Assembly (NCBI RefSeq): GCF_964355755.1
Contig: NC_092675.1
Location: 17,642,912 to 17,706,911 of the forward strand
From: Antedon mediterranea
Taxonomy: Eukaryota > Animalia > Echinodermata
DNA length: 64,000 nt
Direction: 5' to 3'
Numbering within the stretch: the first letter of the stretch is position 1; each line of letters begins with the position of its first letter. A program made the position numbers and the translations under genes. The notes beneath the pieces are model-generated. The model made no database searches and had not been told where the DNA came from. It saw only the letters and a list, made by a program, of their open reading frames with translations. Below, piece after piece: positions 13,401 through 28,400 of the stretch.

Positions 13401-16400
13401 CAAATTTTCTTTCCATGGCCTAAGGAAATTAAAGCCTTAACTAGTATTTATCCTTCACTATGGTCCTCTTATATATTTAAATGCGTACTTATTCTACAGC
13501 CAATGCTTGTACTCCTCTGACATCTTGTGGCCTATACTGTCCATATGGCCTTGCTACAAATGCAAATGGATGTGAAATCTGCCAATGCAAGATCCCAGGT
13601 AAGACAATCAATCAATATATGTGGTATTCCTAGTTATCTCGTTATCTTATGATAATTAAGTAATCACACAAATACTTGAATGCTGAATTGATTAATCTTT
13701 CAGATATGAATAAAATATTCTACAATCCAATCAAGACATTCTGTGAGAGGCCAAATTGTGTAACCAACCGTTGTTCTGAAGGTTATGCCACTGATTCTCA
13801 TGGTTGTGACATGCGTAACTGTATGTGTAAGAGACCAGGTAACAACATCTTATTGAATTTGTTTAAATTTTGCAGTTTGTTCCATTTTTGCCATTTCTAT
13901 AGCAACAATGGCCAATAATACATATTTTGAAACTAAAGTAAACCACACTAAGCTCAATAGATTTATTAACATAATAACGAGGCTGTATCCACCATATCCT
14001 TAAAATTGGCAAATGTTTGAAGTGGTAACCACCTCTTTTGAAGAGTAAGATGTTAACTTGGTGTATTGATTCATCTCATTGACTTACCCATTATCCAAAT
14101 ATCTGGACATTTCTGATCGCAATATATATCACTGCTGTTTTCCACCATGTGTTGTAAAATGGATGGACCTACATATTACATTTGCCCAGCCAGATCTAGA
14201 GTAGGCTCAAATAGGATATATTCATTCTTTCATTTTTGTAAAACGGCCTTAAAAATGCCAAAGAAAATGTGTCACACTTAATGCTACGTAGTCTTGGCGT
14301 TATTTGTTTATTACCTTCCTTTTATAGCAACTGATTGCCCAAGAATGACACCCGAAACATGTACAGAGCGATGTCCATATGGATATGCCACCGATACTCG
14401 TGGCTGTGAGGTTTGCAAGTGCCGACTATCAGGTTTGTTACATCAAAGTTCTTTTTTAACTAACAATACTGTACTGTACATATACATCCAGAATTTATAC
14501 TCTAAATATAAAAATTGAATGCTAGAATTTGAATAATGTCTCTTTGTCTTAAGCTCTGTCTACATTATCAAACTTTATGTAACAAAAAAATGCGATGTGC
14601 CCATATACAGACAAGTTGATGTCATATCACTACCATATATGGGCACATCACACTTGTTTGATAGTGTTGACAAAGCTTTAGTCCGATGGTGCGAATCGTG
14701 CTCCGGTTATCATCACATTTTTTTTTTTTTATTATTAAATTAAATATTAATATATAACAAATTATTTAATCTTTCTTTACAGGAAAGTGCCCAGATATGT
14801 CAAGTTGTGTTGAGACCTGTGTTGAAACAGGATTCCAAACTGACAAATTTGGATGCAAGCAATGTTCATGCAACCCACGTCCAAGTAAGTAACACTTACA
14901 CAATTGTTTTGCTTTACTTTACTTTACTTTACTTTATCATTTCTAAAAGAAAATATACAATAGATATTGTACAGACTATAAATAATTGTGTGGTGAATAC
15001 GCATGTATATTTACGATTAAGTATTTATAAAATTTATCGTACATAAATTAAAAAATAAAATGTACAGTTAAATTATCCAAATAGGATACCTGATTGTAAT
15101 TTATTGCAGCAATGTAATTTGAATGTACTTATGTTTTATCTTTTCACATTACAGTTAGCCAGTGCCCACCATTGACCATTCAAGCATGCCCAATGAAGGA
15201 GATGTGTGCTTATGGTCTGGCTACCGATGACCTTGGATGCCCCATGTGTGTATGCAAATTACCAGGTGATTTCATTTCCTTAGTCTTAATATTGCTTGAA
15301 TAACTTTTCTCAGCTTAGGAACACAAGTAAAAATGATATTAAAGGGCTTTGATTTTTTCAAACCATCACCTATGCAGGTCTTCATTGAAAAGACTGATAT
15401 TAAGGGCTCCTCTGTCAATTCAAATACATATATAAGATAATACAAAAACATGAGAAAAGACCAAACAATATATAAAGTTTGTCATTTGAATTCATTCTAA
15501 ATGTGACTGCAGTAGAAACATCTGTAGATTAGTGTCAAAAGAGTAGAAATTAATTGGTAGAACCAGTCAAAATTTCATACAATCTTCTCTTTTAAAAAGT
15601 GTAATATTTACAGATATTAATGTTATATTGTGCAATAATTTATTGAATGTTTTATATAGGTATTTCATGCCAACCACTGTCATGCAACTTGAGATGTGTG
15701 TATGGTTTGCGTACTGATAACAACGGCTGTGAACTCTGTGAATGCAAACAACCTAGTAAGTTCATTTCGTTTTGTCAATTCATTTTATTAGTATAATGTA
15801 ACATACCAGAGTACAGACAAATGTAAATTGACAAATACAGTCAATACCGGACTTTCTATAAACCAGAAACTCTCCCATTACTCAGACTTTGCTCAAGGTT
15901 CAAAAGGTCCCACATTTATTTTTACCATTAATGAACAACACATTCCGAATATCAGACTTTCAGGAAAACCAGACATATTTGGTCAGCCCAATGGTGTCCG
16001 GTATTGGGAGATATTAATAAAGAATTGAATGTATAACCAAGGCAATCTAACAACAGGACACCTTGCCAAGATAGGAACTCGTAACAGTCCTTTCATCTTA
16101 TGACTGGCTGCAAGATATACCAACAGTACTGTACTATACATTTGTATTTATTCTTCTCTTTGTAGGCTCCAAGTGTCCAATTGTTAGCAACTTAAACTGC
16201 AAGAAAGTGTGTCCATTTGGCTTGGCAACATGCTCAAATGGTTGTGAAATCTGTTCCTGCAAATTGCCAGGTAAACACAGCAAAACTGAATGTTGACAAA
16301 AAAAATGTGATATGCCCTAGTTTGATAGTGTAGACAGAGCTTAATAAATAATAGCAATGAAATAAAATATGTTTCAGACAGGACCTTGCTCCTTGATAGC

Positions 16401-19400
16401 AGTAGGAGATCTACCATCAAATAAGAACTCTCTCTCTTTACTCTTTCAGTCTCTAAAACCTCCAACAAATTCCATTCCAAGACAATGTATGGAGCAACAT
16501 GCGAGCCTCTGACTTCCAGAAATTGTGCTTTGACTTGTCCAGATGGTTATGCCACAGACTTTGGATGCGAGATCTGCCAATGTCGTCAACCAGGTAAAAT
16601 ATGATGAATGTAATTTCCATCATTTCAGCAAACTCATTATGAGCAATAGGTTTTTTTTTCACATAAAGTTTGATAGTGTAGAGTAGCTTAAGTAGTGCAT
16701 AATGTTACTGATTGCTTGTCATCATAGAAATAATATGCTTTAGACATGTTTCTCCTTATGTAGATAATGTGATTGGTTCTTAGAACCTTCCAAATGGATT
16801 CAGTCTTTCACACTACATGACTCATTGACATGAAAATTCCCTATCATTAAAAAAAACTTGATTATATAGTCCCAAACACATAAGTATAAGCTTAGCTATT
16901 GAAAATCTGTTTGCACTTTTTCAGAGGTTAATTGCCCAGTCTTGACCGATGTTGTTTGTCCAAGAAAGCTGACTTGTCCATATGGTTTGTCCAGCAACAG
17001 CCAAGGATGTCCAATCTGTGAATGTAAACAACCAAGTAAGCTAAAGGATTTACATCTATTCATTCATTATATTTTGTTATCCACCTTACAGCAAGTACCA
17101 ATGGCCGTGGTTACAATGCCTTTTTAAAAAGCTAAAACTAGAACATCCAATATTTCTATTTTTAATTACTGATTTCTTGTCATACATTACATTAATTTTT
17201 ACTATGTTATATTGTACGTATTTTCATTTATTTTGTAACAGTTTCATGCAGTGTGAATGAGTGTGCTATTGAATGTCCATATGGATATGCTACAGACCTT
17301 CAAGGTTGTGACATCTGCAAATGCAAATTAGCACGTAAGTTATTTAAGTTATTGAATGTGTGTTACTTCAAAAAACACTCTTTAAACACACAAAAACTAT
17401 TAAATTATTATATTTAAATATCACACATTGAATAGGAAAGTAAAATTAATTATGTAAACTTTTATCAATTTTGGTATCTTTTATGCAATCTTCACACAAT
17501 CTTCACACAGTTATGATTAATGTAAAGCCAAAGGAAATACTTTAATGTTTAATAAAAAATATGTACCTTGACTGCATTTTTGTAATTTCTGTATGTTTTG
17601 GAAACATTTCTTATAACAATCAGTAGCTCTTATTATTATTACAGTAATGTATTCAACTAAATATTGAGGTATCATTAACTTGTCTTTGTTTTTGACAGCA
17701 TCTGCAACATGCAAACCAATGACCATTCATACCTGTCAGAAGATGTGTACCTTTGGATATGCCACTGATGTTAATGGATGTGAGATCTGTGCCTGCAAAC
17801 AACCTTCAGGTATTTAATACTAATAGTATGTAACATGTTTGTATTTCAGTTCTGCAGGAGGCAGGCAAATATGTTTTTTTTTAACTGCACATAGGACATC
17901 ATATCAATAGGAAGTACCTTTGTATAATAATCTGTGTGTTAAGTTAATGCAGGGCATGAACAAAAGTGCTCGATACAAAAGAACAAAATAGATAAATGAA
18001 TGACTTGAATTAACATTTCACATATTACACTCATGAATTTGATAAAATCACCCTTCAATCATCAGTTTCTAGGCTCCAATATGTATATAATGATGTACTG
18101 TATATGAAACAATTTTATACCTTATTATGGACTTGTATTTATGTCTGAATAAATATTATTAGCATTTGTAAAAATATCTTCTGAAATATTTCATTTTATA
18201 ACCCTACTTTAGTTAACATGGGTATCACTGTGTCAGAATCACCAATGTGTCAACCATTGACTGGTTGCCAGGCTTCATGTAACAATGGTTATGCCACTGA
18301 CAACAATGGATGTGAAATCTGTTCATGCAGAGCTCCAGGTGAGATAATGAAACAAAGATTACTTGGTCTATTTTCTTTATCAGCATAGTAGCATTTTTAT
18401 CATTATCAACATTGTCATCATCATAATTTGTATTACCATCATCATAGTTACCACCAATATACAGTATTATACTAGAAGTTGATATATTTAATTTGGTGTC
18501 TTCGTGGTCTTATACAGGTTCTCGATGTACAACTCTTTCATTTGAAACCTGTCCACAAGTGACTACCTGCCCCTACGGTCTAGCAACCAACTCAGACGGA
18601 TGCGACATCTGCTCTTGCAAGATTCCAGGTATGTTTTTTAACACTGTTGCTTGGGGGTTGATAAGATTGGTGGTTGACATGTCTGCTTACCAATTCCAGA
18701 GTCCTGGGTCCAACTGCTGATTTAGCACCACCATTTCTATCAAGATGCCTTGAATTTATTGGTAATTTTCTATCCCTGTATTGGGAATTACATTTACTGT
18801 TGGACGTCTACTGAATGAAAGTACTTTCAATGTATTGTTGATCACATAAGCATAAACGTTATATATGTAATTTTATTTCAGCTACCTGCCCTAAGGTTGA
18901 TCGTACTAACTGTGATAAACTATGCGACTTTGGCTATGCCACTAATTCAAGAGGCTGTGAGATCTGCTTGTGTAAAGTATTCAGTAAGTTTTCAATTCAT
19001 TTAAATATTAACTTATTCCAAAAACCTTCAGAATTTGGTTGTCAGATGTATCTATCAAGTATTGTTCTAATTCCAGTATTTAAGTATACTGCTCCATTAT
19101 TCCTATAATAAACAATTTCATGATAATGCATTTGTGAAGAATGAATGCACTGCTTGCACAGCATCAAATAATATTCAAACATTTTTCAAACTTGTTGTAT
19201 GTACACAGACAAAGCTCTTAAGATAAATATAAAAACACGATAATGAAAAACACATCAAAGGCCTACAATGGGACACAGTTTATAATTATACTAATCTTAT
19301 CTAGATGTTTTGCTGTTATATAGAGTTATGGAGTTTAGAATAAATGACTTTCTATATTCGAGTGTTTGACGAGTGTAAAGAGATCTAATATAGACTAATG

Positions 19401-22400
19401 ATGGGAGAAATTCGTATTCCAAAAAATAAGGGATGAGACGGTTGTAGGAGTATACGCTCTACCATTTTAAGGATCGCAACTACATATTTAAAACTTGATG
19501 TTGCATACGTTTAACTTTTCTATTTTATTAGATTTTTTACGAATTCTCTCTAAAAGACCCCATGTCATTAGCTGTAAGGCTGTCGCCCCAGACTATAAAA
19601 CAAAAATAAATCACACTGGATATCATCGAGATATAAATAATAATAAGATTTATAGAGCGCACATATCCACAAAGTGCTCAAGGCGCTTAAATTATAATAT
19701 AATTCTATAATTTTCGTCTAGAAAATTACTTTATTAAAAATCTGTGCTATTGTATTAATATTGTGAGTGATGTTTCTATTTTGTAACAAATGACTGGGTT
19801 CAGATAAAGTACTTTAGTTTTTAAGTAAATTACAATTAGTGTCCATAAGTATTTGGTATCTCACACATATACTCTACCAACTGTTGGTTTGTGTAGTCTA
19901 TGAGTGTATATATGTATGGCATATGTAATGTGTATATGGGTGGGTATCAACACCACTATTTGTTTGTTTTTGAAAAACAATAATCTTTGTGATTTGTTAT
20001 CTTTTTCTAGACCCTAGATCATGCTCATTAGTCCATGATTTTAACTGCCGTAAGTTCTGTCCATACGGTCTGGCTACCAATGCACTTGGATGTGAAATCT
20101 GTGAATGTAAATTGCCACGTAAGTATCACCCATCAATCATAATAAATACTTAGAATCAATTTTATTATTTATAATTATTATTAAAGACCAAAAAGACCAA
20201 AAGGAAGACCAAAAACAACATGGATGGGAAACATAAAAAAGGAAACAGAACTTTTCACATGCGGACCTGTACACGTAAAAAAAAAACCGTACAGAGTGGC
20301 GAACACAAGTGAGACGCGCAATGTCTAACGACGATTAGCGTTTAAGATGATAATGATTATTATTTATTTGTCAATTGCTACTGTCCATGCTATTTTATGT
20401 CTTTAACATACCATTTTTGTAGCAATTAGTTCCCTTTCATTTTTTTATAGTAGATAACAGAAGATTAAACTTTGTGAATTGCATTGGTACTAAATTCATC
20501 AATTAAAGTTATTGATTTTATGTTACAGCTGGTCAAGAAACCTACTCTGTTGTCACATTGACCCCAGTCACCAGATGTCCAAAGAATGCCCTCAGAGATT
20601 GCACTTTGACCTGTCCCAACGGATATGCTACTAACAACAAGGGATGTAAAATCTGTAGATGCAAGGAGTCAGGTATTTGTTACATTTATTATATTTAATT
20701 ATGGTGTCTAGTTTTATACACCAACTTCCTTAGACAGCATTGAATGCATTCATTTTTACAAAATATTGACTTCTTTTCACCTCATTTTACTGTAAATACT
20801 TTCCTTATCCTGAAATAATCAATATGTTCTTTTCTTTCAGAGCCTGTGTGCACTGTTATTAGCCAAGATGTTTGCCCCAAGATTTATACTTGCGAATTTG
20901 GTCTTGAAACTAATGAAATTGGCTGTGAAATCTGTTCTTGTCGCCAACCAGCCCTCTGTAAATCCATGAAGACTTGTAATACTCAATGCGAGTATGGCTT
21001 TGCAACCGATAGATATGGATGTGAGATTTGTGAATGCAAGCGAAAGGGTAGGTTTATTACATTTGGTTGTATTGTGCATGTTTGTGTCTGTCAGAGTGGT
21101 GAACCATTCCTCTCCCTTACAAACAAATCTGAAATACTATCGCATTTTTGTCACCTGCATTGGGAAGAACAAGGTCGCCCCAGTGCCCTATATTCAGATT
21201 ATCACCTTCTATTTTTATTAAGTAGCCTAATATACCAAACCTTCCCAACTTAAGTTTATATTAAGTCTAGGTATACTATATTTTCAAATAACTGTACACA
21301 CCTGCAATTAAAATTAGTTACTATGTTGTTGCTAAATCATAGTTCATCTACAAATGTGTTTGTTACAAAAAGACTGTTTCTGTGTTGGAATTTAATTACA
21401 GAGAAACATTGATATTTTGTCTTTGTTTTCAGATTCCACATGTACATCTTTCACCAACTGCAATGTCGCTCAGAACTGTAGAAATGGTTTGGCCACTGAT
21501 CCTATCACACGTTGTGAGATCTGCAAATGTAAAATGCCAAGTAAGTAGTATTGATCATCTCTCTGATAATGTACTTAATAAAATGCCTGAATATTTTATA
21601 CCTTTGGCTCTGTGGTTGGGTAATTATCATGCTTGCTTTACCAATCCCAGCTCCTGTATTTATACCCTGGTTGTCTACCACATTACTAGAATAATAAAAA
21701 TATCACCACTGGCTCATTAAGTCATTTAATGACACCAGTTCACCCTGTAATTAGTAGCTCAGTTTTAGTTTAATTGTATGGTTGAAGTATAGTCGAAGAC
21801 TGTTCTGAGTCTAGGACAGCATTGTTCTGTCGTTATATAAATAAGCTAAGTAGCGTAAATTATGGCTAGCTTCTCGAATACATTTAATACATTATATAAG
21901 TATAAAATTACCAGGTATATATTATTGACAATGGACAGTGTTTGTAACCAGATTATGGACCATAGTAATGTGCATATGTATAATCACTGTATAATATTTG
22001 TTTTTAGGAGCACCAGAATTCTTCGGAACTCCTGATGCTGGAAAGAAGAACTTCCTAATTCCTCAAGTGAAAACTTGTAACTATTCACCTCAACGATCAT
22101 GTGCACTCACATGTACTGATGGTTATGCCACTGATTATAAGGGATGTGAAATATGCAAATGCAAGATCATTGATAGTAAGTGAACTTTATCACTAAAGCT
22201 CTGTCTACACTATCAAACTTTGATGATGATGTCATATTACTACCATATTTGGGCACATCACACTTTTTTTCAAACTATTTTGATAGTGTAGACAGAGGTT
22301 TAGACAATCACATGGTTATTTATATTTTTCCTTGTAATTTTTAAATTACAAATGGTGGTAAACTATTAAAATATTAAACAAATATAATTCTCCTTGCAGA

Positions 22401-25400
22401 CAATGTATGCCCAGTTATAATAGAAACCGTGTGCCCACTCATGAGAAGATGTGAATATGGTCTGGCAACCAATGCTAATGGATGCAATGTCTGTGAATGC
22501 AAAGTACCAGGTAATGTCACAAACAATTATTTTCTTAATACTTTTTAAGTCTTGGTTTATGTATGGAATTTTCACTCTCATAACTGAAAACTAGTAATAT
22601 TTAGACACTACTCAGTCATTATCATTACAAACTTGTATTCAAAACTTTCTGTTATTTAAAAGTCAAAGATAGCCAGGTCTCGGGTCCATTCTATAGTCGC
22701 CACAGATTGACTTCTTCATCAGTACTTCTATGAATGGATGATTAGTTTGGAACATGAACGCTTGTTGATCATACCCAGTACCGTTTTGGTTGTACGATTA
22801 CGTTTATTAAAGCAATTTCTAGAGGAAATGACTTTAATTAGGTTATATGCATTATCATGCATATAACCTCTTGATTCTGTCAAAATCTTTATTTATTTAT
22901 TTATTTATTCTTTCCTTAGCACTATTTTGTCCGTGAATTATCTTGATATCAGTTTTCTCTATCTAAGTCAATTTTTCAGAGTATATTCCTTATGGCCAGG
23001 AATCGATGTGGTTATATTTTCACGATGCGCAATCAAAAATTACGCGGTCTACGCGCGATTTTACGAAATCACGTTTGTAATCATATCTTCACAAGCATGA
23101 ATCACAATTAAACAAAATTTGGTACTCATAAATTTCAGGTCATATTTCATCATATGGCAATACAATTACGTGCGTAGCGCATATAACGCTTGCGTACGCG
23201 CGCTTAAAATGTTCAAAATTGTCAAAATTAATTTTCGATGAAATTAGAGTACGTTTCAGGCAATTTTAAGCGTTTAAAAAATTGCCATGAGTGCGCCGAT
23301 TTGTTCACGCGCACGGCGCGTTAAACGTTAATGCGCACTCTTTTTGCCCGATTTCTGTTTTACAATCTTTCTTTAATAATATCATCATATTTGATTCACG
23401 TTTCAACTCGAAGTTGCGTTATACGAGCACGTCAAAAGTGACTGGCTACGCACGTATAAGTTAACAAAATGGTGAAAATATGCTAAATTTTTAAATTAAT
23501 ATATATCGTCAGAATGCAGGGGAACACCTATTTTTTATTTCATTTTCTTGAAGTATATGTATCATATGTATGATTTATTATCAAATTAAGAGAACAAAAG
23601 TTGATTAAGTCATCATTAATTGCATATTAAATAAAAAAATAATAATTTCGACAATCAAACAAATTATGACATTTTCTTAGGCCAAAATAACAAACTTAAC
23701 ATTAACTTTCTTCCTTCCAAAGTTCATATATTAAAGTTAAAAGTATATAGTTTGACAGTGCATCATTTGTTTACATTTTAAAGATGTCATCATAGTAAAA
23801 AATTATAATTCATTGCGGTATGTAATAATCTATTTGCACCAAACTGGTTACTGCATAGTAAATACACGGAGGAATTTTTCTACAACTTTTAGTCAGTGGT
23901 GTATGGCTCGATGGTCTGTGCTCGTGTCTATGGCATTCAAGGTACCGAGATCGAGTCTCACCTTTGGAAACGAAATAAGATTTTTTTTTTATTATCCGTA
24001 TTGTTTGTTCAAATTGATTTCTTAGTGTATAGATTATACACATGATTTATAATGAAATCTAGATAAAAATTAACTTATGCCTTTATTATTATGTAACAAC
24101 AAATGTGGTTTATGACATTATACGCATATGGATCTTTGATCGGATTGTGATACCGGCTATGGTGGTCACGTTAGCAAGGCCAGGTCACGTCCTATCATAT
24201 AATATAAATAATTAAAGATTCTGAGAAAAATCAATCAATCAATTAGAAAAGAAAATGAAGATCCTACAAAAATTCTTACTTTTCACACAACACAAAGTAA
24301 ATGAAGAGGTCGGAAGATACCATCAGTACTTGATAGAGTTGTACAACAAAGTCAACTTACTAGATGCAACTTCATTAGAGCCTGCTTCAACAGAAATTTA
24401 TAATTCCCAGCAATGTTTTAACTGTATATATGAACTGTTTTATAAGTTGTTTTGTGACTGTGTAATTTGGTAGTAGTCACTCTCATACTGTAGGCCTACA
24501 TTTAAAAGTAACACATCCAAATGCCAACTTCAAGTCAATGGCTACCAGATGTCTCTGTGAGACGGTTATTTGAACCAGTACCAGTACCAGTACCAATCAA
24601 TCAATATATCTTTTAAAAATCAATTATCTTTATTTAAATCAATGCATATAACCTATAATTCGTCATAGTGACGAATTAAATCTAGTTTATTTATTTATTC
24701 TTTCCTTAGCACTATTTGTCCGTGAATTATCTTGGCATCAGTTTCATCTATCTAAGTCAATTTTTCAGAGTATATTCCTTATGGCCAGGAATTGATGGGG
24801 TTATGTTTTCACGATGCGCAATCAAAAATTACGCGGTCTACGCGCGATTTAACGAAATCACGTTTGTAATCATATCTTCACAAACATGAATCACTTTTAA
24901 ACAAAATTTGGTACTCATAAATTTCAGGTCATATTTCATCATATGGCAATACAATTACGTGCGTAGTGCATATAACGCATGCGTACGCGCGCTTAAAATG
25001 TTCAAAATTGTCAGAATTTATTTTCGATGAAATTAGAGTACGTTTCAGGCAATTTTAAGCGTTTAAAAAATTGCCATGAGTGCGCAGATTTTTGCACGCG
25101 CACTGCGCGTCAAACGTTAATGCGCACTGTTTGTGTCCGATTACTGTTGTATAACCTTTCTTTAATAATATCATCATAATTTATTCACTTTTCAACGCGA
25201 AACAGCGTTATACGAGCACGTCAAAAGTGACGGGCTACGCACGTGTAAGTTAACAAAATGGTGAAAATATGCTAAATTTTAAAATTAATATATATCGTTA
25301 GAATGCTCGGGAACACCTATTTTTTATTTAATTTTCTTGAAGTGTATGTATCATATGTATGATTTATTATGAAATTAGAAGAACAAAAGTTGATTAAGTC

Positions 25401-28400
25401 ATCATTAATGGCATATTAAATTTAACAAAATTAATTTCGACAATCAAACAAATTATAACATTTTCTTAGGGCAAAATAACAAACTTAACGTTAACTTTCT
25501 TCCTTAAGAAGTTCATATATTAAAGTTAAAAGTATATAGTTTGACAGTGCATCATTTTTTTTAATTTTTAAAGATGTCATCATAGTAAAACATTATAATT
25601 CATTGCGGTATGTAATAATCTATCTGCACCAAAGTGGTTACTGCATAGTAAATACACGGAGGAATCTTTCCATAACTTTTAGTCAGTTGTGTATGGCTCG
25701 GTGGTCTTTGCTCGTGTCTATAGCATTCAAGTACCGAGATCGAGTCTCACCTTGGGAAACGAAACAAAATTAGTTTTTTTTTATTATCCGTATTGTTTGT
25801 TCAAATTTATTTTTTAGTGTATAGATTATACACATGATTTATAATGAAATCTAGATAAAAATTAACTTATGTCTTTATTATTATGTAACAACAAATGTGG
25901 TTTATGACATTATACGCATATGGATCTTTGATCGGATTGTGATACCGGCTATGGTGTTCGCGTTAGCAAGGTCCTATCATATATTATAAATAATTAAAGA
26001 TTCTGAGAAAATCAATCAATCAATATATATTTTAAAAATCAATTATCTTTATTTAAATCAATGCATATAACCTATAATTCGTCATAGTGACGAATTAAAT
26101 CTAGTTAATTATTACTTTTATTTAGGTATATTTAGGATGCTCTTTTGAAATTTTACCTTTTCATCTTCATTGCAAGAGTATGCAGTAGTTATGATAATTT
26201 TCTTACTTTTTTTATAGCACTTTGTCAACCAATCGATTCTAGCAACTGTAACCTTCGTTGTGAATATGGCTTTGCAACTGACTCTTATGGCTGCCAGAAA
26301 TGTTCTTGCAAGAACCAAGGTTTGTGTTCTTTTTCAGTATGTAACAACCATTGTTGTAGATTATCCAAAAGGTTTGAAAAAAATACAATTGAATATCTTA
26401 CCTTACAATTTATCTCAAAACAATCTTATCAGACCTGAGTAACTCGATAAAACTGTTTTGAGGTTTAACATTGGTTTATTTTGGATAAATCTGTTTTACC
26501 TATAAATATATCTATTTCAATTCACAGCCACATCATGTGTACCAGTTACCTCTGTCAACTGCCCACTTACATGTACTCTTGGCCTTGCAACTGATTCTGA
26601 AGGCTGTGAAATTTGCAAGTGTAGAATGCCGTGTAAGTGACTGTTTTATTTACTTTACTCTACTTTACTTAATGAAAGTATAGACATGTACTATACTATA
26701 ATTGCAAGTCACTCAATAACCGGCACCCTGAATACTGGAAAAACAATTCAGAAAACTAGAATGTTCTTACAGCCTTACCTGTACTAACTATGTACAGTAC
26801 AGTAGTGGAGCTGTAGCTTGGTGGTTAACATTCTAAGTTCAATCTTGACCTAGTGCCAGGGGTGTAACACAACTCTTTCAACTCCACTCCCCAAGCCTCA
26901 AATGAGACTGGTGAGTTTCTAGCTATTGTATGCTTATGAAATAAACATGAAATGAACACAATCAAAAATGTTTCTTGTTTTCTTCATGAAGAATTCAATT
27001 CAATTAAAACTTTATTATCCCCACTCTCTCTCAAAATACAGTACATACATATATAAAATGAATACAGTACATAAAATATATAAATTACGATATAAAAGCC
27101 ATACAAAATATAAATATAAAACACTAGGAGTTCATTTCTTTAATTTGAAATTCTTCAGGTGTGATTAAGACATTTAGTTTCAAGGTACCAACTACTGCTC
27201 AGCCCGATGCTCTAGTACCACAGAGTCGATGGATTCCAAACCTCCAATGCTTTAACCTCAATGACTGTCTACGTACATGCCCTTACGGATACGTTACCAA
27301 CACCATGGGATGTGAAATCTGTCAATGCAGAAAATCACGTAAGAATATTTTTATTTTCTATGTAAGATATTAGGGTTAGTCAAAAGGTTTTTTTCTAACT
27401 TGATTTTTTAAATTAGGTTTATTCACACTTCTTTTGAATTTATTTTCAATATAACTTGGTATATTACTACTATATTACTTCTATTAATAATATTTGATTA
27501 TATGAGGGAGTGAGTGATAAGTAGTTAACAAGACAGTGGAACCGTAATACATAGCCATAACATTAGCAAAGGATGGAGGCTCACTATAGCTATATGGTTG
27601 TGGTGGTAAAATGAGTCTTCTTGGATAAGGACTATAAACTGTAGATTCAGTGTACACATCTGGCTCTTGTGCACTTTAAAGAACCTAGTACATCTTTTAC
27701 TCCATGTTTATATTTAAACTTAATCATACTTCATTCTATATCTAGCCTCTCAGTGCCAGACTCCTATGTATTATTTCTTGTTTTCATTCTATATTTGTAG
27801 CCTCTCAGTGCCAGACTGTGACCAGTGATACTTGCCCAATCAAGGAAACATGTCCATATGGTTTGAGAACTGATGTTGATGGATGTGAAATCTGTTCTTG
27901 CAAACAACCAAGTATGATATTTTATTTCTATGATACTATATTGGAAAATTTATCGGGCAGATTGTGTGTATTTTAACATTCAGTACAAACAAATCCTAAA
28001 TACAGTATGATCCATCTTTGCATGATACGATAATGATCATTTCAAATCAACCAATTGTATTATTATCACAAAATGTTTAGTTTTAAAATAGATACATTCA
28101 TAGTTCAGTGTATCATTGAAAATTCACATGGCAGAAATTGTTCACCCCCAGTTTTATTTTAGGAATCAATAAGGGTCTGGTTGAAATATTTGTTTTATTC
28201 GGTACTCCACAAAGATGACCCATAAAGCTGAAATAGCTTATTTTCAATGGGGCTCTATTAACAATCAATTACAGTTACAAATAGAAAGTGTTTAAATGTG
28301 TATTGATTAATTTATTATTATTGTTATTTATTTGTATAATATTATTATTGTTATTATTTGTTAATCCGATATTTATATTTTTGTTTACAGCCCCATGCAG

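Noticed and set aside
23810-24473. ORFs of 70-77 aa inside the Helentron-like element
   Set aside because: No Rep/helicase motifs; frame disrupted in the second copy.
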